Shown here piece by piece: positions 27,906 to 37,723 of a DNA stretch of 64,000 nucleotides. Made by a program: the position numbers and the translations under genes. Position 1 is the first letter of the stretch; each line of letters begins with the position of its first letter. The notes beneath the pieces were generated by a model, which did no database searches, was not told where the DNA came from, and worked only from the letters and a program-made list of their open reading frames with translations. The stretch covers positions 64,001 through 128,000 of the forward strand of contig JAKFCT010000014.1 in NCBI GenBank assembly GCA_036676495.1, given 5' to 3'. The DNA comes from Candidatus Sericytochromatia bacterium (GTDB lineage Bacteria; Cyanobacteriota; Sericytochromatia; S15B-MN24; UBA4093).

Positions 27906-28980
27906 CCGGATTGGAGGGCTCGGCTTCGGCCGGGCCCTCTTCGCTTGGGCGGGCCCAGTCCTCCCAGAGCACCATCCAGACCGAGAGGATGGCGGGCCCC
28001 AAGAAGAGGCCGAGCAGCCCGAAGGCGGCGAGCCCCCCGAGGAAGGCGAAGAAGACCTGCAAGTAGGGAAGGCGAGTGGTCCCACTGATGAAGAGCGGCC
28101 GCACCAGGTTGTCGATGGTGCTGATCGCAAGCACTCCCCAGACAAGGAGACCGATGCCCGGCCAGAGGTTACCCTGAAGCAAGAGCCAGCCGGCTGCCGG
28201 CACCCAGATCACGGTCGCGCCGAAGGGCAGCAACGCGAAGATGCCGGTCAGGATGCCCAAGAGCACCGGCGAGGGCACGCCGAACAGGGTGAACCCCAGA
28301 CCGGCCACCGCCCCCTGCGCGAGGGCGGCGAGGATCACTCCGAAGAAGACCGCGCGGGTGGTCTCGCGAATGGGGTACAGCAGGCGGTCGATGTCATCCC
28401 CCAGGAAGCGCCGGAGGACGGCGCGCGTCTTGAGGGCATAGGCCTCCCCGTTGCGGTAGAAGAAGAAGAGCGTGAAGAAGGCGAGCACGAGCTGGAAGAG
28501 GTTCGTGCCGGCTCCGGCGATCGCCTTGAGCCAAGGGAGCGCCTGGGCACTCACCGCTTCGCCGAGCCTTCCGGAGTCATGCAGCAAGGGGCTCAGCATG
28601 TCTTCCCAGATGACGGCCAGATTCGGGAATCGCTCCAGCAGCCCAGGGAACGGGTTTGAGGCCCACCACGCCCGGAGCGACTCCACCATGGTCGCCCCTT
28701 CGACGGTGGCGGCCCGGAGCAGCAGCGTCAGCGGCACCGCCACGACGGTGATCACCAAGAGCAGCATGACGAAGGCGGCGAAGGTCTGACGGCCCTTCAG
28801 GGCGTGAAGGAGCTTGCGGTAGCTGGGCCATGTCACGAAGGCAAAGACGAGCCCCCAGGCGAGGGCTTCCCAGAACGGGCGGATGAGCACTCCCGCCAGG
28901 ATGACGAGCAGCGTGTAGAACGTGAGCTGGGCGAAGATCTGAAGCGGTCGGTCCAATCGTCGCGGCAACATCGTAAGCAT
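27898..28980 (-). CDS. AI-2E family transporter (PerM/YdiK-like)
   Basis: Multi-TM protein with FFFYRNG, IDNLVRP, GLLGLFLGP. Confidence 0.9.
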   Translation of the reverse strand: MLTMLPRRLDRPLQIFAQLTFYTLLVILAGVLIRPFWEALAWGLVFAFVTWPSYRKLLHALKGRQTFAAFVMLLLVITVVAVPLTLLLRAATVEGATMVESLRAWWASNPFPGLLERFPNLAVIWEDMLSPLLHDSGRLGEAVSAQALPWLKAIAGAGTNLFQLVLAFFTLFFFYRNGEAYALKTRAVLRRFLGDDIDRLLYPIRETTRAVFFGVILAALAQGAVAGLGFTLFGVPSPVLLGILTGIFALLPFGATVIWVPAAGWLLLQGNLWPGIGLLVWGVLAISTIDNLVRPLFISGTTRLPYLQVFFAFLGGLAAFGLLGLFLGPAILSVWMVLWEDWARPSEEGPAEAEPSNPVS

Positions 28981-29052
28981 CCCTTTCCCAACGACATGGG
29001 GTGGCCCCGATCGAGCCACCCCATGGTACCGCATCTCTTGCTTGGAGAGCGC

Positions 29053-30372
29053 CTAGCGCACTCCCTCGGGAACGTTGAAGGAGAAGACCTTGGCGTCCTT
29101 GATGGCGTCGCGCAGCTCGCCGCGGAAGTTCGGGTGCGCGATCGAGATCAAGGCATCCGCCCGCTGGCGTAGCGACAGGCCATGCAGGTTGACCGCCCCG
29201 TACTCGGTGACGACCCAGTGGACGTGACCGCGGGTGGTGACCACGCCGGCCCCCGGCTTGAGGGTGGCGGCAATGCGCGAGACGGTTCCCTTGCAGGCGG
29301 TCGCGGGCAACGCGATGATGGGCTTGCCACCCCGCGAGAGCGCCGCCCCGCGGATGAAGTCCATCTGGCCGCCGATGCCGGAGTAGACCCGCCAGCCGAT
29401 GGAATCGGCGCAGACCTGACCGGTGATGTCGACTTCGAGGGCGCTGTTGATGGCGACCACCCGATCGTTCTTGCGGATGACGGCCGTGTCGTTGGTGTAG
29501 TCGCACGGGTGGAATTCGACGGTGGGGTTGTTGTCCACGAAGTCGAAGAGGCGCTGGGTTCCGTTGATGAAGCTGGTGACCAGGCGGCCCCGCTTGAAGT
29601 TCTTGAGGCGGTTCGTGATGACGCCTCCCTCGACCAGGGGAACGACACCGTCCGAGAACATCTCGGTATGGATGCCGAGGTCCACCTTGTTGCCCAGCTG
29701 GGCCAGGACGGCGTCGGGGATGGCGCCGATGCCCATCTGGAGGGTGGAGCCGTCCTCGATGAGATCCGCGATGATACCGCCGATGCTGCGCTCCACGTCC
29801 GAGATGACGGCGGGCTCGTGGGTCATCAGGGGGCGATCGGTGAGGATGAAGTGATCGATCTTGCTGATGTGGATGAAGCTGTTGCCGAGGGTTCGGGGCA
29901 TCTGCTTGTTGATCTCGGCGATCACGATGGCGGCCGTGTCGACCGCAGCGCGCGCGGTGTCCACCGAGGTGCCCAGGCTGCAGTAGCCATGCTCGTCGGG
30001 GTAGGAGACCTGCACGACGGCGACGTCGAGGGGAATCTGACGGGACGTGAAGAGCCAGGGGATATCGGAAAGGAAGATCGGGACGTAGTCGGCCCGGCCT
30101 TCGTTGACGGCTTGACGGAGATTGGAACCGGTGAACAGGGAGTTGGCGTGGAACTGGCCCGCCTTTTCGGGAGCCGCGTAAGGAGCGGGCCCCGCCATGT
30201 GCAGGTGATAGACTTCCACTCCGTGAAGGTCGTTGCGGGCGGCCATGGCTTCCTCGAGCGGAATCGGGGATGCACAGGCGCCATGCAGAAAGACCTTCAT
30301 GCCGCTCTTGATGGGCAGGACGGCTTCTTCAGGGGTCACGGCGCGCTGTTGCCAGGTCGTGGTGAGTCGCAT
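29053..30372 (-). CDS. Acetyl-CoA hydrolase/transferase (4-hydroxybutyrate CoA-transferase type)
   Basis: LQMGIGAIP, GIHTEM, INSALEVD, SGIGGQMDF, VVTEYG. Confidence 0.92.
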   Translation of the reverse strand: MRLTTTWQQRAVTPEEAVLPIKSGMKVFLHGACASPIPLEEAMAARNDLHGVEVYHLHMAGPAPYAAPEKAGQFHANSLFTGSNLRQAVNEGRADYVPIFLSDIPWLFTSRQIPLDVAVVQVSYPDEHGYCSLGTSVDTARAAVDTAAIVIAEINKQMPRTLGNSFIHISKIDHFILTDRPLMTHEPAVISDVERSIGGIIADLIEDGSTLQMGIGAIPDAVLAQLGNKVDLGIHTEMFSDGVVPLVEGGVITNRLKNFKRGRLVTSFINGTQRLFDFVDNNPTVEFHPCDYTNDTAVIRKNDRVVAINSALEVDITGQVCADSIGWRVYSGIGGQMDFIRGAALSRGGKPIIALPATACKGTVSRIAATLKPGAGVVTTRGHVHWVVTEYGAVNLHGLSLRQRADALISIAHPNFRGELRDAIKDAKVFSFNVPEGVR

Positions 30373-30547
30373 AGGTAGATACTCCTCGCATGTGATGGAC
30401 GCGTCAGGAGGATTCTACCGCAAGGAAAACGCGCGTGGCGTCCGCAATCTTTGCGTATGCGATGCTGAGGGGTTCTCGCGTTCTCGGGGGGCTGAAACCG
30501 AGGTAAGGGGCAGTTTAAATTTCCTCCAAGTTTTCTGCATTAGGTGC

Positions 30548-30576
30548 TTGCACAGTTCGAGCCGAGGTGTTATTGT
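30548..30576 (+). promoter_or_regulatory. Sigma70 promoter of tRNA-Arg
   Basis: TTGCAC-17 nt-TATTGT with TGn extension, 12 nt upstream of the tRNA. Confidence 0.7.
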
Positions 30577-30588
30577 AGATTGTGTTGG

Positions 30589-30662
30589 GCGGCCATAGCT
30601 CAGCTGGATAGAGCGAATGACTACGAATCATTAGGTCGGGGGTTCGAATCCCTCTGGCCGCG
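30589..30662 (+). tRNA. tRNA-Arg(ACG)
   Basis: Acceptor stem GCGGCCA/TGGCCGC, D-arm AGCTCAGCTGGATAGAGC, anticodon stem AATGA-CT ACG AA-TCATT, T-loop GGTTCGAATCC; CCA not encoded (GCCT follows). Confidence 0.97.
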
Positions 30663-30670
30663 CCTGATGG

Positions 30671-30711
30671 AGAAACTGGTTGGACCCGATGGGTCCAACC
30701 AGTTTCTTTTT
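30671..30711 (+). terminator. Intrinsic terminator after the tRNA
   Basis: agaaactggttggaccc-gat-gggtccaaccagtttct followed by a T-tract. Confidence 0.85.
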
Positions 30712-30899
30712 AATCGTATCAGCCGCAGCGGCAAGGCTATCAATGGTTGGCGGTATCCGACCGCCAGTTCTTCATCCTTCAAAGGCCAGTTAGGTCGAGA
30801 TCGCTGGCCTGGAAAACCCTGCCCCCGCGGAACCGGGAAGAAACTAGCGTTAGCAGCACTTTTCGGGATAGTGGCCCAATATGAACGCTGCCACTCGTG

Positions 30900-31931
30900 C
30901 TATTTCGCGCCACTAGCGCGGGCACATTCCAGAAGGCTACGTCGCACTGCCAGCTCATGAATCTTCCGATGGCCATGGGTTCTCAACGTTTCCCGGACCG
31001 TTTCATTCGAGAAGAGCGTATCGCACAAGTGGCATGAGTTCGCATATCGCTCAGGCAATTCCAGGTTCGGATTATGAGCCAGTACGAATTGTCGGATGCT
31101 TTCGGGTCCCTCAAGAGCGAGCCAGTTAACGATGAGGTCTTGATTGCCTTGCCGGAGAATCTCGGACAATGACTGTTCTTTGAGTGATCCAATGGTTAAC
31201 TCGGGCAATGAGCGCCGGGTAATGCCGCAGCATATCTCTACATCCATGCTGGGAGCTACAACAATGCTCTCCATGACGGAACTGCACGCGCCTACCCAAG
31301 GCTTATCTGATTCGCTGGGCATCCATTCGTCCGAGCTGACGGAGTTTGAGCCTCGACCAATGGGGACTGTGATGCCCGTGGAGATGAGGTTGCATGGGGG
31401 ATTCTGTTCGCCGGGCCGAAACTGGATGAGCTTTCTCTCCAGGGCGCTTTCCAGGTATTCGTGCGTGATGGTGCTGCTGCGAAACTGCTTGTGAGCGAGT
31501 AGGTAGGGAATTCCTAACTCCTCAGCCGCGTCCATGGCGTTCCCAATGCAATCCAGGCTCACGAATTCTTGGTGAAAGTCGTCTACGCTGAAGTTGATCT
31601 CCGTGAGACCTGCCGTGAGGAGTTCGCTCAGCCGGGCCAGGGCCACTTCCTTACTAGTCGCCCAGTATGCGCTGGTAACGATCCGGGTCATGACGTTCAG
31701 AGAGCTGCAATGTTCGACGAGTTCCACAAGCCGATTCCTGAAGAGAAACGGCTCGCCACCTGTAAAGACGACCAATTCCAGCAAACCCCAGGAATTCACC
31801 GTGTCGATCATGTCCTTCATAAAGTCCGGTGAAAGCGCTTCAGTTTCCCTGGGGCCGCAGCTCGTGCCGCAGAAATCGCATTGAAGGGGACAGCGGTAGG
31901 TGGTAACGAACGTAAGCTGAGAAATCGACAT
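30900..31931 (-). CDS. Radical SAM enzyme, YydG/EpeE-like with twitch/SPASM cysteines
   Basis: CPLQCDFC, FTGGEPFL, TRIVTSAYWA, SVDDFHQE, auxiliary C..CC..CHLC; ATG 31931 is 1 nt after the upstream stop. Confidence 0.85.
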   Translation of the reverse strand: MSISQLTFVTTYRCPLQCDFCGTSCGPRETEALSPDFMKDMIDTVNSWGLLELVVFTGGEPFLFRNRLVELVEHCSSLNVMTRIVTSAYWATSKEVALARLSELLTAGLTEINFSVDDFHQEFVSLDCIGNAMDAAEELGIPYLLAHKQFRSSTITHEYLESALERKLIQFRPGEQNPPCNLISTGITVPIGRGSNSVSSDEWMPSESDKPWVGACSSVMESIVVAPSMDVEICCGITRRSLPELTIGSLKEQSLSEILRQGNQDLIVNWLALEGPESIRQFVLAHNPNLELPERYANSCHLCDTLFSNETVRETLRTHGHRKIHELAVRRSLLECARASGAK

Positions 31932-31932
31932 G

Positions 31933-32481
31933 TTAGGCCCTACCATCAAGCAGTTTCATCACCTCTTGGCTAAGCAGCGGGCCAAAATCGAGCGTGAGGG
32001 ATAGGCTAAGTCCCCCATACGCTTTGCCTTTGCCGGCTTGCTCTGCAAAGTTCTTGGATGACATCACGTTCTTCTCCGTGGTCTTGGATTTTTCACTGCC
32101 TTTGCTCGTGTCGGTGGCTTGTTCGTACTTGACCTCTGTCTGTCGCTTATTGGAAAAGTCGGTCTGGCGGCCTTTCTCCGTCTTGCTTTCCGCAATGGTG
32201 CCGGTAATGTGGACGATCTCGTCGAGGAAGGACAGGTCACCGGGACGCGTTCGAAACAGCTCCCGAGCACGATCAAGCGTGGCGATTAGTCCCGTCAAGT
32301 CCACCGAGTCGTCAAGCCCAGAGAAGAATGCCGAGTCTTCTCTCAAAGTGGCGTGTGGAGCGGTTTCGAGCTGGCTGAAATAGTCGTCATCCCTGATCGC
32401 CTTGAGGACAATTGCCTTGATTTCCTCGAAGTCAAATTCAACTGGGATGTTGATTCGGTCCATGTTCGAGTCATCCTCCAT
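31933..32481 (-). CDS. Putative RiPP precursor (NHLP/Nif11-like leader plus S/T/K/E-rich region)
   Basis: IVLKAIRDDDYFSQLETAPHATLRE leader-like helix, polar low-complexity middle, AYGG followed by a 25-aa hydrophobic tail; coupled to the rSAM gene. Confidence 0.55.
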   Translation of the reverse strand: MEDDSNMDRINIPVEFDFEEIKAIVLKAIRDDDYFSQLETAPHATLREDSAFFSGLDDSVDLTGLIATLDRARELFRTRPGDLSFLDEIVHITGTIAESKTEKGRQTDFSNKRQTEVKYEQATDTSKGSEKSKTTEKNVMSSKNFAEQAGKGKAYGGLSLSLTLDFGPLLSQEVMKLLDGRA

Positions 32482-32794
32482 GCCATGGGGGCTCAGTAGA
32501 GCTCAGTCAGGGTGTTAGAACAGGAAACCAGGAAGCTGACTAGATGAGGGAATTAAATCGATCAATCATATAATGTACATACCCAGGGACATCAACAAGC
32601 ATCACGACTCTCGAGTCATTCGACTCAACGGGGCGACAAGAACATTGGGACTTTGAGTCGGGGCGGCCCGGGCCAAGGCATCAACATGATGGGGCTTGCT
32701 AGTTGGTATATCATGACTGGGGCGGCTCGCTCGCCGATGAGCCACTGGTGCCCTTGCCGTGATAGCGCTCCATAGCATTTGCGAGGTCGGGCAG

Positions 32795-34204
32795 ATGAGG
32801 CTACGAATCGGGAATCAACTGCGCAAGGGCAGTATTGCGCTTCTAACCTTGGCCCTGCTCTTGGTAAGCAGCACGCAGGCGATTGCAGCCGCCCCTGTCT
32901 CCAAGCCTCCCGCGACTCCCTTGGCCGGACGCACAGGCCCGATCCCTGGCCGCCATGACTACGCGCGAGCAGCCAGGGAGTTTGTCGGCTTTCTCACCGG
33001 TGCGTTCGTAGCAAAGGCTGTCGGACGGTTCGATGACAGAATGCAGGCGGCCCTACCGGAGCAGGAGCTCGCCGAGATCCTTCGGGACATAGGCAGCAAG
33101 GCGGGCCAGTTCCAGAGCATCACGGGCATCCATGTGGAGCGCATCCAACAAGGTGCGGTAGTGGATCTCGAGTGCCGCTTCGCGAAGGAATGCGTGAACA
33201 TCCGGGTCACCCTCGACGCCCGCTTGAAGGTGGCGGGCCTCTTCTTTCTCCCGGGGTGGAATCCGCCCGCCTATGCGAATCAAGCTCGCTTCAAGGAGCT
33301 TGAGCTGAGCATCGGGGATACCAGTTACCCATTGCCAGCGACCCTTTCCCTGCCCCATGGCCGTGGACCCTTCCCTGTGGTGGTTCTGGTGCATGGATCT
33401 GGGCCGCACGACCGGGATGAGACCTTGGGCCCCAACAAGCCCTTCAAAGACCTTGCCTGGGGGCTTGCGAGCCAAGGCATTGCCGCTCTACGCTTTGAGA
33501 AACGGACCGAACACTATCGGGAGAGCCTTTCGGATCGCATTCGTACCGTCAAGGAAGAGTCCATCGAGGATGTTCGGTTCGCCATCGACTCCCTGGAGAA
33601 GACGAGCGGGATCGACCGAGAGCGTATCATCGTCGTGGGCCACAGTCTTGGAGCGATGCTGGCACCCCGGATCGCGGCCGGCGATGCCCGGGTGCGTGGA
33701 ATAGCGTTGCTTGCAGGCCCTACGAGGCCTGAGGGTCAGATCCTGCTCGATCAGACTCGGTATCTGGCAAGCCTGTCCAGGGCCCCGGAGGCCGATCGTC
33801 AGGAGTGGATCCGTCAGGCGACCGAAACTGCAAGGACGCTCGATCGTGCCGACTTGAGTCCCAGCGAGATCGTGGAAGGGATTCCGGGTGAGTACTGGAT
33901 TGACATGCGAAACCAGCATGGCGTCAAGTTCATCGGAGAGCTTGAGATACCGGTCCTGGTCCTGCAGGGAGGGCGTGATTACCAAGTCACCCTGGAAGAC
34001 TTCGACGGCTGGAAGCATGCCCTGGCCCATAGAGATAAAGCCACCTTCCAGATCTATCCTGACCTCAATCACCTCTTTATGCATGGCCAGGGGCCCGCCA
34101 CCCCGGATGAATACGAGGTTCCGAATCATGTCTCTGGTCGAGTCGTGGATGACGTCGCTCAGTGGATCCGGCAGGCCTTGCCATCTCCCGCGGTCAAAAA
34201 TTAG
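32795..34204 (+). CDS. Secreted alpha/beta hydrolase with DUF3887-like N-domain
   Basis: Signal peptide (AIA-A), VHGSGPHDRDE, GHSLG nucleophile, GRDYQV Asp, LNHLF His. Confidence 0.85.
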   Translation: MRLRIGNQLRKGSIALLTLALLLVSSTQAIAAAPVSKPPATPLAGRTGPIPGRHDYARAAREFVGFLTGAFVAKAVGRFDDRMQAALPEQELAEILRDIGSKAGQFQSITGIHVERIQQGAVVDLECRFAKECVNIRVTLDARLKVAGLFFLPGWNPPAYANQARFKELELSIGDTSYPLPATLSLPHGRGPFPVVVLVHGSGPHDRDETLGPNKPFKDLAWGLASQGIAALRFEKRTEHYRESLSDRIRTVKEESIEDVRFAIDSLEKTSGIDRERIIVVGHSLGAMLAPRIAAGDARVRGIALLAGPTRPEGQILLDQTRYLASLSRAPEADRQEWIRQATETARTLDRADLSPSEIVEGIPGEYWIDMRNQHGVKFIGELEIPVLVLQGGRDYQVTLEDFDGWKHALAHRDKATFQIYPDLNHLFMHGQGPATPDEYEVPNHVSGRVVDDVAQWIRQALPSPAVKN

Positions 34205-34285
34205 GCTATTCGTTCACGCTGAAAAGCTTGATTACCCAAGTTCGAAGGTCGTCCCTCCGCCCCCCTGATGAAAGCAAAGGCCTAG

Positions 34286-34774
34286 CTACTTGAAAGCCTG
34301 CTCAAACTCGCCGAGCAAGGTTATGAGCTGGGCCTGGTGGTCCTGAGGGATTTTGTCGATTAACTGCTTCAGGAAGGCCAGATGGGATGGGAAGGTTTTC
34401 TCGTAGACGGCCTGGCCTTCGGGGGTCAAGGTGACCACCACCTGACGCGCATCCCACTCGCCCTTGCAACGTTTGACCAGGCCCCTCGCCTCGAGCCGGT
34501 CCAGCACGGGCTTGAGCGTCCCCCGGGTGATGAGGGTTCGTTCGGCGAGCTCTGACACCGTCATCCCCTGGGTATCACCCAGCGTGGTAATCACGTCGAA
34601 TTGCGGAAGGGTGAGGTCCAGGGTCTCGACGTGACGACTGGCCACGCGCTCGACCTGACGGCTGCATGACATGAGGGCGCGAAAGGCGGGAAGAAGCGAT
34701 GCTTCCTGGGGGGCTTGGGGCTGGCCTGATCCCTTCACGCGGAGACCTCCTCTTCCGATCGGGATGCGGTCCAT
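34286..34774 (-). CDS. MarR family transcriptional regulator
   Basis: LTLPQFDVI, ELAERT, LDRLEARGLVKR, DARQVVVTLTPEG. Confidence 0.9.
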   Translation of the reverse strand: MDRIPIGRGGLRVKGSGQPQAPQEASLLPAFRALMSCSRQVERVASRHVETLDLTLPQFDVITTLGDTQGMTVSELAERTLITRGTLKPVLDRLEARGLVKRCKGEWDARQVVVTLTPEGQAVYEKTFPSHLAFLKQLIDKIPQDHQAQLITLLGEFEQAFK

Positions 34775-34988
34775 GACGGGTCTCGCATGGACCTTTGACC
34801 CCTTGCGCTTTCCCTAAGCGATAGCGGCAGCGTCGAAACAACATAGGACTAGCTAGACATATTGTCAACGGAAGGCAGTACCTCCGGTGTCGAATTCTCT
34901 CGCTCACTTGTTGCTTCACGGCTCAAGCTTCGTTAGTTTTGTCTACCTAGACATATCTCCCCAGTCATCGCGCAAGAAAGGAGCCTTT

Positions 34989-36539
34989 GTGTACGGAGAG
35001 CGAGGGATGGAAGCGGGGCCGCGTTTCCAGGAAGTGGTCTGCTTGTACGAGGAGGGAGCCGCTCTGCCTTGCGATGAGCAGTACCGAAGCGTGGTCGAAA
35101 GTGCTCCAGATTCGATCTATGTCCATAACGCCGAAGGCACGCTCGTCGACGTGAACGAGACAGCATGCAAGGTCCTGGGGTATGAGCGTGACGAGCTCTT
35201 GACCATGTCCGTTTTCGACATCGAGACGGGGCTCTCGCCCGAGTTTCTAAAGGACATCTGGGCCCGCGCCCTGCAAGGGCGTTCCCTCACCGTTGAAGGG
35301 AGCGAGCGTCGGAAAGACGGAAGCACTTTGCCGGTGGAAGTCCGTTTCAGCCCCTTGAAACGGAGAGGCCAGTTGCTCCTGATCGCCTTCGTGCGCGACA
35401 TCAGCGAGCGAAAGCAGGCTGAGACCCAGCTCCGGGACAGCGAGGCCCGCTATCGACAGCTTGCGGCCATCGTGGAGGCCTCGGCTGACAGCATCATCAG
35501 CCTCGATCCCGAGCTGAATACCATCACCTACTGGAACCGTGGTGCGGAGAGGATGTGGGGCTGGACCCGCGAGGAGGTCATGGGGAAGCCGTTTGGGATG
35601 AGCGTCTCGCCCGACTGCCAGCAAGAGGTTGACGGGTTCAAGGAGTTGATCCGTAACGGCGTGCCTCTGGAGCCGTACGAACGGGTGGGGACTCGCAAGG
35701 ACGGGAGGCGCCTCGACGTCTCGGTATGCGTCTTTCCCGTCAAGGACGAGGATGGCCGCATCATCAGCTACACGGCCATTCAGCGGGATGTCACCGAGTT
35801 GAAGAAAATCAGGGAAGAGGCCCTTCTCGACAAGGCGGAACTTGAAAAAACCCAGGAGTTGAATCGCCTGAAGGATCACTTCCTTTCAACCGTCTCCCAC
35901 GAGATCAAGACACCGCTTTCGCTGATCACGGGCTATCTCGAATTGCTCGAGGACCTCGGACAAACGGACGAACTCATGGCGGGGATGAAGGACGGAACCC
36001 GGCGCCTACGCGAACATATCGACAATATTCTCGATTACTGCGCGCTCGCGAGCGGATCGCTTCCCCTTTACAAGTCCGAGTTCTGCCCCTCGGAAATCGC
36101 CAGTAACGTTGCCGCCATCATGGAACGGGACCTCGAAACCAAGAAGATCGACTTGGTCGTCGATATGGATCCGGATCTCCCCGTCATCCTGGGGGATACG
36201 CGGCGCATCACCCAGGTTCACCTCGCCTTGCTCGAAAATGCGGCAAAGCACACGCCTCCCGGGGGAAAAATCGGGATGCGGGTTTCGTCCGTCCGCCAAC
36301 AGGTGCGCGTCGATGTCTGGGACACGGGCCCCGGCATTCCCGAGGACGAGATCCCCAAGATTTGGGAAGCCTTCAGCCAGTTGGAAATCGGTGACGCCTA
36401 CCGACGCGGAGGCCTCGGCCTAGGGCTGTGCATCGTGAAAAGCCTGGCCGAGCTACACGACGGCAGGGTTGAGATCGATAGCCGATCCGGGGATGGCACC
36501 ACGTTTTCACTCTTCTTGCCGAACGGATTGCCGAACTAG
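34989..36539 (+). CDS. PAS-PAS sensor histidine kinase
   Basis: Two PAS/PAC domains (RKDG..DISERK; RKDG..DVTE), SHEIKTP, ENAAKHT, DTGPGI, GLGLGL; start approximate (GTG with AAGGAG). Confidence 0.9.
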   Translation: MYGERGMEAGPRFQEVVCLYEEGAALPCDEQYRSVVESAPDSIYVHNAEGTLVDVNETACKVLGYERDELLTMSVFDIETGLSPEFLKDIWARALQGRSLTVEGSERRKDGSTLPVEVRFSPLKRRGQLLLIAFVRDISERKQAETQLRDSEARYRQLAAIVEASADSIISLDPELNTITYWNRGAERMWGWTREEVMGKPFGMSVSPDCQQEVDGFKELIRNGVPLEPYERVGTRKDGRRLDVSVCVFPVKDEDGRIISYTAIQRDVTELKKIREEALLDKAELEKTQELNRLKDHFLSTVSHEIKTPLSLITGYLELLEDLGQTDELMAGMKDGTRRLREHIDNILDYCALASGSLPLYKSEFCPSEIASNVAAIMERDLETKKIDLVVDMDPDLPVILGDTRRITQVHLALLENAAKHTPPGGKIGMRVSSVRQQVRVDVWDTGPGIPEDEIPKIWEAFSQLEIGDAYRRGGLGLGLCIVKSLAELHDGRVEIDSRSGDGTTFSLFLPNGLPN

Positions 36540-36570
36540 CTCCTGCTGGGATCGGCGCGCCCCTCGCCGC

Positions 36571-37170
36571 TCACCTGGGTGCGGCACTCTCGGCGCTCAT
36601 GGCCGCGCGGGTTGCGACGCGGTCGCTGCCGCTGGCGAGATGATCCTCCTCCCACATCAGCTCGATGTCCAACTGGATATCGACCCGATCATCCACCAGG
36701 ACTCCCCCGCTCTCCAGGGCCACGTTCCAGAGCATTCCATAGTCCTTGCGGCTCAGGGTGGCGCTGCCGCTGAAGCCGGTGCGCAAGATGCCGTCGGGGT
36801 CCTTGAAGGGGCCTCCGGCGAAGGTCCCATCGACCACGATTTCTTGGGTGACCCCGTGGATCGTGAGTTGTCCGTAGACGCGGAACCGGTTCTCGCCCTG
36901 GGTCTCGATCTTGGTGCTCTTGTACAGGATGAGGGGAAAGCGCTCGATATTGAAGAATGCCGCAGAGCGCAGGTGCTCGTCACGCTTGGCGACCCGGGTG
37001 TCGATGCTGGCGACGTTGATCTCACCGACGAACGAGGAGCTCGCCAGATCGTCGAAGTTCAGGTCGATGATGCCGTAGTACTCTTGGAAGGTGCCCCGGA
37101 TCGTCATGAACATCATATGCTTGATGGTGAAGCCGACGTAGCTGTGTCGTTGATCAATGACCCACGTCAT
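36571..37170 (-). CDS. yceI: YceI family polyisoprenoid-binding protein
   Basis: WVIDQRHS..F.IKHM, SIDT...RDEHLRS..FF, GQLTIHGVT, RKDYG. Confidence 0.9.
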   Translation of the reverse strand: MTWVIDQRHSYVGFTIKHMMFMTIRGTFQEYYGIIDLNFDDLASSSFVGEINVASIDTRVAKRDEHLRSAAFFNIERFPLILYKSTKIETQGENRFRVYGQLTIHGVTQEIVVDGTFAGGPFKDPDGILRTGFSGSATLSRKDYGMLWNVALESGGVLVDDRVDIQLDIELMWEEDHLASGSDRVATRAAMSAESAAPR

Positions 37171-37280
37171 CCGAACCTCCTTGCGTGCATGAGGAGGGTT
37201 GTCGTTCACCCGATGATAGCAAGGCCCATCCCCACGTCAACGAGCAGGCATGCCAGGCAAACGGCGGTGACGCGTGGCCG

Positions 37281-37613
37281 TCAGTTCCCTCGCGGGGCGA
37301 AGGCGATGATGCTCATCCCCAAAAGGCTGACCGCGACTCCCAGCAGGTCCCAGCGATCGGGGGTTTGATGCTCGACCGCCCACATCCAGAGCAGGGCGGA
37401 GGCGACGTAGACGCCCCCGTAGGCGGCGTAAGTCCGGCCGGCGCCGGTGGGGTGAAGCGTCAAGAGCCAGGCGAATAAACCAAGGCTGAGCGCCGCCGGC
37501 AGCAACAACCAGATGGACTTGCCATGACGAAGCCACAGGAACGGCAGGTAGCAGCCGATGATCTCGGCGCCTGCGGTGAGCACAAAGAGGGTGATCGTTT
37601 TCAAGGGACTCAT
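37281..37613 (-). CDS. ynfA: YnfA family (UPF0060) small membrane protein
   Basis: [28 protein letters not shown]. Confidence 0.92.
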   Translation of the reverse strand: MSPLKTITLFVLTAGAEIIGCYLPFLWLRHGKSIWLLLPAALSLGLFAWLLTLHPTGAGRTYAAYGGVYVASALLWMWAVEHQTPDRWDLLGVAVSLLGMSIIAFAPRGN

Positions 37614-37723
37614 CCGAGGGTTTCCTGCATCCTTCCGTCAGCCTCGCGGCGCATCACGCGTGACTCCCATGGGGCAAGCGCACGGTGCATGGTAGGCCAT
37701 GTCGGGAAGCGAGGCAAAGGCCC

